NCBI GenBank assembly: GCA_965228855.1
Contig: CBDDIJ010000003.1
Span: forward strand, 3,552,001-3,616,000
Reading direction: 5' to 3'
DNA length: 64,000 nt
DNA from: Candidatus Obscuribacterales bacterium
GTDB lineage: Bacteria; Cyanobacteriota; Vampirovibrionia; Obscuribacterales; Obscuribacteraceae
This document shows, piece after piece, positions 9,755 to 18,033 of this stretch. The notes below the pieces were generated by a model that ran no database searches, was not told where the DNA came from, and saw only the letters and a program-made list of their open reading frames with translations. Position 1 is the first letter of the stretch. Each line of letters opens with the position of its first letter. The translations under genes and the position numbers were made by a program.

Positions 9755-12073
9755 ATGACAACAAGAAATAACTCTGTGGAAGCAGGCTCTGACGACCAGC
9801 CTGCGGTAAGTAAACCTGTGGATTCGTTCTCATCCTCGACCTACGTCGAATCGGAACTCACGCGCACGGACGTCAAACCTACCGAAACTGCCAGCGGTGT
9901 CGGCGCGGAGGCGAAGGAGACCGCCGCTCCGACCGGCGGCGCTCAAGATTATACGGAAACACTATTGGGACCCAGTGCAGTGAATTGGGGAGCAAAATCC
10001 GCAGAACCGGCAGTGCTCGACTTCAGCACCGAAGGTGGTGACAATCCATTTGCTGACAAGTTCAATTCTCTGGTAGCTGAGAATCCCCTTTTCGATAATC
10101 CTTTTGCCGAAAAATTCACGGACTTGAAGCCTGCAGGTCAAGCAACCGACGCCGATAAGGGTGAGAACAAAGTCGAGAATAAGAAAACCGGCACAGACCC
10201 GATTACCGCTACCACACTAGATTTGGCCAAAAGGATAACCGAAGTGCCGGAGCAGCTTGCTGGATTGTTCAAACCGAACGAAATAGCGAAGACCATCGGC
10301 GGCCTTTTCAGTGGAGATCAAGAAGCCGCGCGCATAGTCAATCAAGCGAAACAAGGCAAAGCAAATCTTGACGCGCAAGACGCACAGTATCTGAAACAGT
10401 GGCGTGGACCAGCAGACAATGGACACGTGGCGCCACCGGCAGAAGGTGATGACCCTGCAAAATATACACACAAGAACAGCGACGGGTCCTCATACGATGT
10501 GACTGACGGCAAAATTAGCGCCTTCACTACCGCCCCGACTGCAAACAACCCAGACGGGTTGACTTACAAAAACATCAAGTACGATTCCAATAATCAAATT
10601 ACCAGTTACGAAACACCGTTCAATCAGCGTCACACCAGGGTGAATGCGGCAAATAAAGATGGGTTCGCGACCTGGCAAAGCACCACCCTTGATGGCAGAC
10701 CATCGCCCTACGGCGGCGCCGGCTCGACTCAATGGTCCGGCAAACCGGCTGTGGACGACAAAGGTTTTCACAATTTAGTTACGAGCGGTACGTACGCGGG
10801 CAATATGTATTCGCGCGGAATGGACGGCGGTTACACCCTAACGCAGCCGCAGTACAAAGGTCGCGCGATGACGGGTTTGGAATCGACCACAACGCTCGCG
10901 GACAACACAGAGGTTTCACGTCGAGGCACATTCGACAGCAAAAGTGGAAAGCTGAATCAGGACAATACGAATATTAGCGTCGACGAAGGTGACGGGCCCA
11001 AAGTCAGCAAAGTAAGTTTCGACGAGACTGGCAAAGGGAAGGTGATCGACGAGCCGAAAAAGACTGGTATCGCAGGCGGTGAATCGACTATGGGTATGTT
11101 CGACAATCTCCTGGGCAACGCTCCTGAGATGCTGAAAAACGTAGAGTCGTTTGAAATACAAAAGACCGGCAAGAACAGTTTTCACATAAATGGTGACCTT
11201 GCGAATGTGTATATGCAGCCCCCGAATGTCACCGTCGGCGGTTTCGGTCCGTTGGGTGGAGTATCGGCAACTCCGCAAGGAGGAGTAGTCGATAAATTCA
11301 GCCTGGATCTCGGGTTCAACGACAATATAGTCAACGCTTCCAACATTGAGGGGGTCAATGGAACTGCATCTTTGTCGCGCAAAGGTTTGTTCGGCCGAAC
11401 CAAAAATATCGGCTCAACAAGTACGTCAACGACAGGCATGGTCTGGGATACGCAAAATAATACAATGACGGCAAAGTCGCCAGAGAGAAATACGGTGCTG
11501 TCGGCGCAGCACTTTGCTGCTGACAGCTTGAATGGCCGTTTGCTCGGTAGTGAAACAGCTGAGGCGAAAGCGAAAGAAACACTGAAATCGCTGGATGAGC
11601 ACGTTAAATCGGCAAAGCTGAAACAAGTGAAGCCCGGGGTCTTCGAAGGCTCACTCGATCTGGCAGACAACCGGCTGTCGATTGATACCAAGATTCCTGG
11701 TGTAACAGCCAACCTCTACATGGACGACAAAATTGATTTCTCACTGAGCAAGGATGGAATCAAATTCAAACCGGGCGAAGTTCAGCTCGGAACTCAGATC
11801 GGCAACGGACTCGAAACGCGGAAATCGGTTTCGGCAATCAGCAGGGAGCTTAACGATAAGGGCGAACCCACCATGAAAATAGAGTTCCACGACGGCAAGG
11901 ACGCGATCCGGATTCCGGTTGGAGATTCAAAACCTAACGCTGGAAAGACGGAAGCGACTCACGGACCAGCCAAAGAACAACAAACTAGACCAGTGATCAC
12001 ACCTCACCGAGTCGCGCCGCAACAGTTTCATTACGATACGCAGCCTGTTCATCGACGGTTTCGCAGGCGGTAA
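9755..12073 (+). CDS. Large hypothetical protein (disordered N-terminus, beta-rich middle and C-terminus)
   Basis: About 770-aa ORF; no recognisable catalytic motif or signal peptide. Confidence 0.75.
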   Translation: MTTRNNSVEAGSDDQPAVSKPVDSFSSSTYVESELTRTDVKPTETASGVGAEAKETAAPTGGAQDYTETLLGPSAVNWGAKSAEPAVLDFSTEGGDNPFADKFNSLVAENPLFDNPFAEKFTDLKPAGQATDADKGENKVENKKTGTDPITATTLDLAKRITEVPEQLAGLFKPNEIAKTIGGLFSGDQEAARIVNQAKQGKANLDAQDAQYLKQWRGPADNGHVAPPAEGDDPAKYTHKNSDGSSYDVTDGKISAFTTAPTANNPDGLTYKNIKYDSNNQITSYETPFNQRHTRVNAANKDGFATWQSTTLDGRPSPYGGAGSTQWSGKPAVDDKGFHNLVTSGTYAGNMYSRGMDGGYTLTQPQYKGRAMTGLESTTTLADNTEVSRRGTFDSKSGKLNQDNTNISVDEGDGPKVSKVSFDETGKGKVIDEPKKTGIAGGESTMGMFDNLLGNAPEMLKNVESFEIQKTGKNSFHINGDLANVYMQPPNVTVGGFGPLGGVSATPQGGVVDKFSLDLGFNDNIVNASNIEGVNGTASLSRKGLFGRTKNIGSTSTSTTGMVWDTQNNTMTAKSPERNTVLSAQHFAADSLNGRLLGSETAEAKAKETLKSLDEHVKSAKLKQVKPGVFEGSLDLADNRLSIDTKIPGVTANLYMDDKIDFSLSKDGIKFKPGEVQLGTQIGNGLETRKSVSAISRELNDKGEPTMKIEFHDGKDAIRIPVGDSKPNAGKTEATHGPAKEQQTRPVITPHRVAPQQFHYDTQPVHRRFRRR

Positions 12074-12154
12074 CGCTTTCGCGATATAATCTTGCTTTGC
12101 GGTCCGAGCGCTTCAAACTCGGACGGCTGGTCACGCGTGTTGCAGCGAGGCGCT

Positions 12155-13123
12155 ATGCATAAGCAAGCTATTTTGATAATGACTGTGAGCGGTTTAATAG
12201 CATGCAGCGACCATGCAGCGTGTGCGACTAAACCGCAGACCGCTCCGACTGCAGTGCCTACACCAACTAACATCGACGCCAAAAGGCTTGACGAACTCCG
12301 CGTCATGTGTCAAAAGCGTTTGAAAAAAAATCCCCGCGACGTCGAGGCAATGGTGCAACTAGGCTCAACCTATCAGTTTCGCGGAGAGTACGACAGAGCA
12401 ATCGACCAATTCAACAATGCGCTGGCAATCGATCAAAAGAATTGGCGGGCATACATGGGTCGCTCTTTGATATTCAGCAAAAAGGGCATGAATAGAGAAT
12501 CTGCGCAAGATTTAAAACTAGCCTTTCAATACAACCCCAAGTTGAAACAAACCCTCGAAGCAACCATGGCGCACGCCAAAAGCACCGTTGCAAAAGCACT
12601 CGCGCCATATTACGTCGAAGGTGAGCAAGGCTATTACACAAGCAAACTGGATAATGCCAACGACCAGGCCTCATCGCAGATGCGAGAGGGAAAAATTGAC
12701 CTCGCCATAAAGACGCTGACCGATGGAATCAACAATTACCCTTCTTCAAAGATCGCCTACAAGAGTCAAGAGTACGCAAAGTACTGTTTGTCGAAGGCAT
12801 ACCAATTGCGCGCAATTTGCTATTTCAAACAGAAGAATCTGACAAAATCCATTGATGACATGACGCAAGCCGCAACTTTGACGCCGATGAAACAGGAGAT
12901 CTATTTAGATCGTTCACAGCTCTATGCAGCGTCCGGTGACAAGAAAAAGGCAATGGCAGACGCTGAAAAAGCCAAAACGCTAAAGCCAGGCTGGATGCCA
13001 GCTGGCGTAGCGCAAGCGCTCAAGTCATCCATGACGGAGTCTATGTCCTATGCTGCAAAACGTGGACATGACATAAATCAGCCGAAGTCACCCACCAACA
13101 ATAAGACAGATCGCCCGGACTAG
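12155..13123 (+). CDS. TPR protein, possible lipoprotein
   Basis: MHKQAILIMTVSGLIAC (lipobox-like); TPRs AMVQLGSTYQ..., AYMGRS..., AYQLRA... Confidence 0.82.
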   Translation: MHKQAILIMTVSGLIACSDHAACATKPQTAPTAVPTPTNIDAKRLDELRVMCQKRLKKNPRDVEAMVQLGSTYQFRGEYDRAIDQFNNALAIDQKNWRAYMGRSLIFSKKGMNRESAQDLKLAFQYNPKLKQTLEATMAHAKSTVAKALAPYYVEGEQGYYTSKLDNANDQASSQMREGKIDLAIKTLTDGINNYPSSKIAYKSQEYAKYCLSKAYQLRAICYFKQKNLTKSIDDMTQAATLTPMKQEIYLDRSQLYAASGDKKKAMADAEKAKTLKPGWMPAGVAQALKSSMTESMSYAAKRGHDINQPKSPTNNKTDRPD

Positions 13124-13214
13124 TTTTTGACATACGTGACTTCACCACTCCCGCCGAGAGTGCCGTTTTTACGTCTCTGCAATCACGTCCCACGGCGCGC
13201 CCCGAAGTGCTTAT

Positions 13215-13251
13215 CCCGCTTGCGCAAACAAAAGCGCAAGGGGTTTCTCTT
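13215..13251 (+). terminator. Probable intrinsic terminator
   Basis: CTTGCGC-AAACAAAA-GCGCAAG stem extended by CCC/GGG, followed by TTTCTCTT. Confidence 0.5.
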
Positions 13252-13277
13252 AAATTTTTTGCTTAAATGTTTGACTC

Positions 13278-13306
13278 TTGCCAACGAATATCCAAAGCAT
13301 TACATT
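13278..13306 (+). promoter_or_regulatory. Putative sigma70-type promoter
   Basis: TTGCCA-17 bp-TACATT, 58 bp upstream of an ATG preceded by GGAGG. Confidence 0.45.
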
Positions 13307-13364
13307 GTTGTTGTCAAGCAATTACGGCGCGCCTGGGAGAAGCCCACCGGCGGGGAGGTTTGCC

Positions 13365-13547
13365 ATGGAAGTACTCGGTCTGGCATCAATGGTACCCGTT
13401 ACTTTTAGAACCCGCTTTCAGGGTGTAAGCAGAACCCTAAACGAACTCAACGAAGAAGACAAATATTCAGTCATCTACGAAATCGCCAGAATCGAAACGA
13501 TGCTCAGCAGAATCGCGGACAATGACGGTCCTTTCCGTCCTATATAA
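13365..13547 (+). CDS. Small hypothetical protein (60 aa)
   Basis: GGGGAGG RBS close before ATG; MEVLGLASMVPVTFRTRF...; candidate promoter upstream. Confidence 0.55.
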   Translation: MEVLGLASMVPVTFRTRFQGVSRTLNELNEEDKYSVIYEIARIETMLSRIADNDGPFRPI

Positions 13548-13639
13548 GGCAAATGAAAAACACTTTTCGACGAATCGACTGCAGCATGAACTCGCGATTC
13601 AATCGCTGGGTTCCGGTCGTTTACGTGTGCGCAATCGCT

Positions 13640-14746
13640 CTACTGTACTTTACCTCGAGCGGCGATCGGCCACGCGCCAATGAAGGCATCGTCGCGGACA
13701 ACGTGAAAGTAGTCGTGCAAAGCAACAGTGGTATCGATATGCGAGGGCCACAAAGCAACTCTATCGCCGACGACTAGGTCGATTTCGCCGGTCGCGGATT
13801 CCAGCACGCCATGCTCATCTCCGGCGGGACGGTACGTCCAGTCCGGACGCTCACAAGGCTCGGCGTTCCCCATGTCGATTGACAAACTTTTCGTGCCGGC
13901 ATCAATCACCGCACGATTTTTGTTCGGCTTGCTTATCACGGTCGAAACCAATTTCAGCGCATTGCGATAGGCTCCATCGGTAGCGTTTCTATACGCGACG
14001 TCCATGAAGATGAACGAACCTGGCTGAACTTCCGTGATACCATCGACAGAAGCGCAAATTTCCGCCGTGCCGGTACCACCTGTGGTGACGACGGATATGT
14101 CAAAGCCATTTCCACGCAATGCGTTAGCTGCGGAAACAAGTTTTTCCATAGCCTCCCGGCATCTGGCTTCACGGGTACTAGAATCAAGATGTTGAAGATG
14201 ACCTTCGTAGCCTTGGATTCCGATCAGTTCTAAATATGCACACTCAGAAATTGATTTTGCAAGCGAGAGAACGTCCTCTTCCGTTTCAACACCTGTTCGA
14301 TCCTGCCCAACGTTGTAGTCGATCAAAACTTTCAACCTCCCATAGTAGCCATCCGCCTGAATTGCCTTCTGCAGCTCGTTTACAACCACTCGATTATCGA
14401 CGACGATTTTCAGATTGGGCGCTTGCCTGAGCAGTTCAATCAATCGAGCGACTTTCAATTCACCCACAATCTCAGTGGTAATTAGAATGTCATCGATTCC
14501 TTCCCGTACAAAAATCTCTGCCTCGCTCAGTTTCGCGACACAAATTCCGCTTGCTCCACGCTCCAAAATCATTCGGGCAAAAGCAGGACTCTTAGCCGTT
14601 TTCTGATGCGGTCGCACTGCAACATTCGGGAAGCGATGGAACCTTTTCATCATTCGATCGATGTTTTCTTCTACATCATCAAGGTCAACAGCTAAAAGCG
14701 GAGTATCAAACTCTCTCAGTGCTTCTACACTCTTGTAATTCGTCAT
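13640..14746 (-). CDS. Fold-type III PLP enzyme, D-threonine aldolase / DSD1 family
   Basis: DTPLLAVDLD, RPHQKT (PLP lysine), RTGV, QGYEGH, GGTGT, EVQPGSFIFMD, DAGTKSLS, DEHG, H-x-D metal site (PSHID). Confidence 0.9.
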   Translation of the reverse strand: MTNYKSVEALREFDTPLLAVDLDDVEENIDRMMKRFHRFPNVAVRPHQKTAKSPAFARMILERGASGICVAKLSEAEIFVREGIDDILITTEIVGELKVARLIELLRQAPNLKIVVDNRVVVNELQKAIQADGYYGRLKVLIDYNVGQDRTGVETEEDVLSLAKSISECAYLELIGIQGYEGHLQHLDSSTREARCREAMEKLVSAANALRGNGFDISVVTTGGTGTAEICASVDGITEVQPGSFIFMDVAYRNATDGAYRNALKLVSTVISKPNKNRAVIDAGTKSLSIDMGNAEPCERPDWTYRPAGDEHGVLESATGEIDLVVGDRVALWPSHIDTTVALHDYFHVVRDDAFIGAWPIAARGKVQ

Positions 14747-14987
14747 TTCAAAGTCTCTGTTTTTCTAAAGACCACGTTCTCACTAGTACTTTCACGAAAG
14801 CCGCATAAGGAGCGCGTCTCAGTGTGGAAAACCGCCGGCGACAGCGGCAAACCGACTTGTGAAAGCACTGGCACAAAAAATACCATAAACAACCCACCGC
14901 GAACTCGACAAATCACTGAGAATTCTTCGATCTCTGTGAATACAGTCCGGCTCAGCGGAAAGTTACTTTCAACATGAGAACAGACTT

Positions 14988-15932
14988 ATGACGCTCAAGC
15001 CCCACAATCCTGCCAGCAAAGATCCAGGCGACCAGTCAACTGCGTTGAAGATCAACCACAAAGGTCTCCCACTCGCACTGATAAACGCCACAGTCGCCGT
15101 CTCCCTTGGAACTTTGTTTCTCGCATGGTCGGGCTCCGAAATGGCAGGCGGACTCGGTTTGATTTTTCCAACCGCAGACCTCTACCCCCTCGAGCGCGCC
15201 GCCACGATTCCATTCACCTTCTGCTTCGTGTATGGATTGTGGATGTCGCACTGCAATGGCGGAAAAATCTGGATCGCCGTTTTGAGCATCTTGAGTCTGT
15301 TCTCACTACTATTTTATGAGTGGTATCGCGCGCACATCGATCTGAATCACCTCGATCCAGATCTCTTTGTGTCCGTGTTCAGCGGCTGCGCAGGCGCGTT
15401 CATAGGTTGCACTGCGTTTAAACTATTGCGGTGCCGATGCACGGTTAGAACATCGCTATGGGTCACGCAAGCCTACTTGCTAGCTTTTCCATTCGTCCTA
15501 TTCCTGCTTCACGTCGCAAAACTGCCGCACAACCTTCTCACATACCTTCTGGTTGGTCTGGGCTTTGGCATTGCATCCGGTTTGACTGGCGGCGGCCGCT
15601 CATTCGTGGTGGCATCTTCAATGACCCTTATCGCGATTCTACTTCCGTCGCTCGCCGGACTATCGGTCATGTGCCTGTATACGAAACACGGCTTCTGGAC
15701 TCATATCGGATGCATAGCTGTCGTGACAACAGCAATTTCGTACAATATAACCTTCTCACTAATCGGCATGCTGGCATCACATCTGGTGAAGCGCGCCTGG
15801 CTTCCGCCGGACGGCACAGCCTCATCGCCTTCAGAAAAGAGCCTTATGGCAAATCTAAAGGCGCGAATTTTACCTGGAAGAAAAGATTCTAAAAAGCGTG
15901 GTCACGATCGCATTGGCGAGTCCGCCTGCTGA
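14988..15932 (+). CDS. Hypothetical polytopic membrane protein
   Basis: About 8 hydrophobic segments. Confidence 0.7.
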   Translation: MTLKPHNPASKDPGDQSTALKINHKGLPLALINATVAVSLGTLFLAWSGSEMAGGLGLIFPTADLYPLERAATIPFTFCFVYGLWMSHCNGGKIWIAVLSILSLFSLLFYEWYRAHIDLNHLDPDLFVSVFSGCAGAFIGCTAFKLLRCRCTVRTSLWVTQAYLLAFPFVLFLLHVAKLPHNLLTYLLVGLGFGIASGLTGGGRSFVVASSMTLIAILLPSLAGLSVMCLYTKHGFWTHIGCIAVVTTAISYNITFSLIGMLASHLVKRAWLPPDGTASSPSEKSLMANLKARILPGRKDSKKRGHDRIGESAC

Positions 15933-15941
15933 AGAAACAAA

Positions 15942-16574
15942 CTATTTCTTCTGACCGAGCACCATGGCGATCAGTGTGTTCAAAAAACGCTCGCTATCAA
16001 ATGGAATTATTTCGTTGCCGTGCAGCACTTCCTGAGTCATTATGTAACTGACGATAGAACCGCAATAGATTCTTGCAGTTGCCTCCGGTTCAGATATTTG
16101 CAGCTGTTTCTGCGCAGCGAAATACGCTGAAAGCGCCTGTTTCGCGGGACCAATAACCGTATTGACGTATAGCCTGGCAAGCTCCGGAAACCTGGCAGAC
16201 TCACCAATTACAGTCCGCATCAACGCGATATAGGACGGGTCGTCTTTTCGCTGCATGAAAACAGCCCCAATCTTTCGAAGCACCACATCCGGTGGCTCCT
16301 CAAAACTCAGATTGTCACCAAACTCGTTGCGGAAGTGCTCCAGCGTGAGCGTTTCAATAATCGCTCTGAAAAGCCCCTCCTTGTCGCTGAAATGGCTATA
16401 GATTGTCTGTTTAATCACTCCGGATTCTTCAGCAACGCGATTCATGCTGGTATCGGCATAGCCGTATTTCAAGAAAACGCGAATTGCGCCGTCGACAATC
16501 TGTTGACGTTTCGTCTGCGAATATTGGGATAGATTTGCCTGCGTCTTTGGTTTTGCAGGCTTGCTTGAGCTCAT
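15942..16574 (-). CDS. TetR/AcrR family regulator
   Basis: KRQQIVDGAIRVFLKYGYADTSMNRVAEESGVIKQTIYSHFSDKEGLF HTH; ESARFPELA C-terminal domain. Confidence 0.95.
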   Translation of the reverse strand: MSSSKPAKPKTQANLSQYSQTKRQQIVDGAIRVFLKYGYADTSMNRVAEESGVIKQTIYSHFSDKEGLFRAIIETLTLEHFRNEFGDNLSFEEPPDVVLRKIGAVFMQRKDDPSYIALMRTVIGESARFPELARLYVNTVIGPAKQALSAYFAAQKQLQISEPEATARIYCGSIVSYIMTQEVLHGNEIIPFDSERFLNTLIAMVLGQKK

Positions 16575-16585
16575 CAGTTCTCTTA

Positions 16586-16623
16586 TATAACAAAAACCTG
16601 TCGCCCGTATAACAAAACCTGTC
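16586..16623. repeat. Direct repeat pair, period 22 bp
   Basis: TATAACAAAAACCTGTC (16586-16602) and TATAACAAAACCTGTC (16608-16623). Confidence 0.75.
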
Positions 16624-16629
16624 ATAAGT

Positions 16630-16658
16630 TTGACAATCATACCGAACGGTATGATAAT
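16630..16658 (+). promoter_or_regulatory. Sigma70 promoter overlapped by a palindromic operator (copy 1)
   Basis: TTGACA-17 bp-GATAAT; spacer occupied by ATCATACCG-AA-CGGTATGAT (16636-16655). Confidence 0.85.
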
Positions 16659-16695
16659 TATGGCATCGAATCAATCTTGTGTAAATTGGGACCGT

Positions 16696-18033
16696 ATGCC
16701 GATACAGCAATCGGATTCTTCATCGACATCGCCGCCTGCAAAGAGCGGCGTGGATGGTGCTGCGGATCGAAACAGCAATGAGAATGGCATCGAGTCAAAG
16801 AAATCCAACGGCAGCGAGAATGAGAATAAGCCCAGGTCGAAGAAACCTTTCATAATAGTCGGAGTAGTTGCAGTCCTTTGTGCGATTGCAACTTTCGGAA
16901 TTTATAAGTGGATGACCAGGCCAGACCCGCATAAGTTATTCGTCAGCGGGCGCATAGAAGGCTACGAAGTAAACGTCGGCGCCAAAATTCCGGGTCGGGT
17001 CGAAGAGATTACCGTTCGCGAAGGTGCTCTGGTCAAGCCTGGTGAGCTTCTCGCTCAACTAAGCGACGACGACATTCAAGCACAGCTGCGCGGAGCACGC
17101 GCGCTTGTGGACAAGGCAATTGCAGACAAGAACCAAGCCGAGAAACAAATTGAAGTCAACAATGACGCTCTAGAGCAGGCCAAACTGAACAAAAGACAAT
17201 CAGCTCAGGACGCCGAGGGTCAGGTGCTTCAGGCCGAGGCCAACGTGGCGGGGGCAAGGGCAGCGGAAGAACAGGCTCGCGCCAATCAGGAAGAGGCCGA
17301 AGCAAGCGCGCGGCTGGCAAACATCCGAAAAATTCGATATGAAAAACTGGCGGAACGCGGAGCTGTCACCCAAGATTCTGCAGACGAGGCGATAACCAAT
17401 GCTTCAACTGCGGCTGCACTGGTCGAGGCAAGACGCGCAGCAGTAAGCGCTTCTCACAAACAATACCTGGCAGCACTAGGCGCTCTGAAGATTGCAAAGG
17501 CTGTGCGATTGAATCCTCCGATTAGACAACAACAAGTTTCTTCCAGTCAACACCAGGTCTCTCAATCCGCTGAGGCGCTGGAAAGCGCCGAGCATGCTGT
17601 CAAAAACGCAAAAGCTGAAGTCGATCAGATCAAAGCGAACATAGCTTATCTGAGAATCGAGAGTCCGGTAGATGGAACCGTAACGGCGCGGGCGGTAGAA
17701 CCGGGTGCCGTAGTGACGGCAGGTCAAACAATCTTGTCCATCATAGATCTGAAGAAGGTTTATCTCAGAGGCTACGTGCCGGAGGGCGAGATCGGGCGCG
17801 TTCGCGTTGGACAGAGGACAAACATCTACCTCGACTCCGCTCCTGATAAAGCCATAGGCGGAAAGATTATAGAAATCGATCCGAAGGCTTCATTTACTCC
17901 GGAAAACATTTATTTTCGCGATGACCGAGTCAAACAAGTCTTCGGTATCAAAATTGGAATCGACGATCCTGCAGGGTTTGCAAAGCCAGGGATGCCGGCT
18001 GACGCAGAGATTTTAGTCGAAGACGCAAAATGA
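16696..18033 (+). CDS. HlyD-family membrane fusion protein (YbhG-like)
   Basis: TM anchor, SGRIEG..V.AKIPGRV, long coiled coil, I.SPVDG.V, ASFTPENIYFRDDRVKQVFGIK. Confidence 0.92.
   Translation: MPIQQSDSSSTSPPAKSGVDGAADRNSNENGIESKKSNGSENENKPRSKKPFIIVGVVAVLCAIATFGIYKWMTRPDPHKLFVSGRIEGYEVNVGAKIPGRVEEITVREGALVKPGELLAQLSDDDIQAQLRGARALVDKAIADKNQAEKQIEVNNDALEQAKLNKRQSAQDAEGQVLQAEANVAGARAAEEQARANQEEAEASARLANIRKIRYEKLAERGAVTQDSADEAITNASTAAALVEARRAAVSASHKQYLAALGALKIAKAVRLNPPIRQQQVSSSQHQVSQSAEALESAEHAVKNAKAEVDQIKANIAYLRIESPVDGTVTARAVEPGAVVTAGQTILSIIDLKKVYLRGYVPEGEIGRVRVGQRTNIYLDSAPDKAIGGKIIEIDPKASFTPENIYFRDDRVKQVFGIKIGIDDPAGFAKPGMPADAEILVEDAK

Noticed and set aside
14845..14900. c-di-GMP-I riboswitch-like GGCAAACC...GAAA
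   Set aside because: No GACGCAAA tetraloop-receptor strand and no following conserved stem; likely chance
16630..16695. ORF-track N-terminal extensions of the HlyD, TetR and TolC genes
   Set aside because: They run through the promoter and operator elements; downstream ATGs (16696, 16574, 24085) fit better
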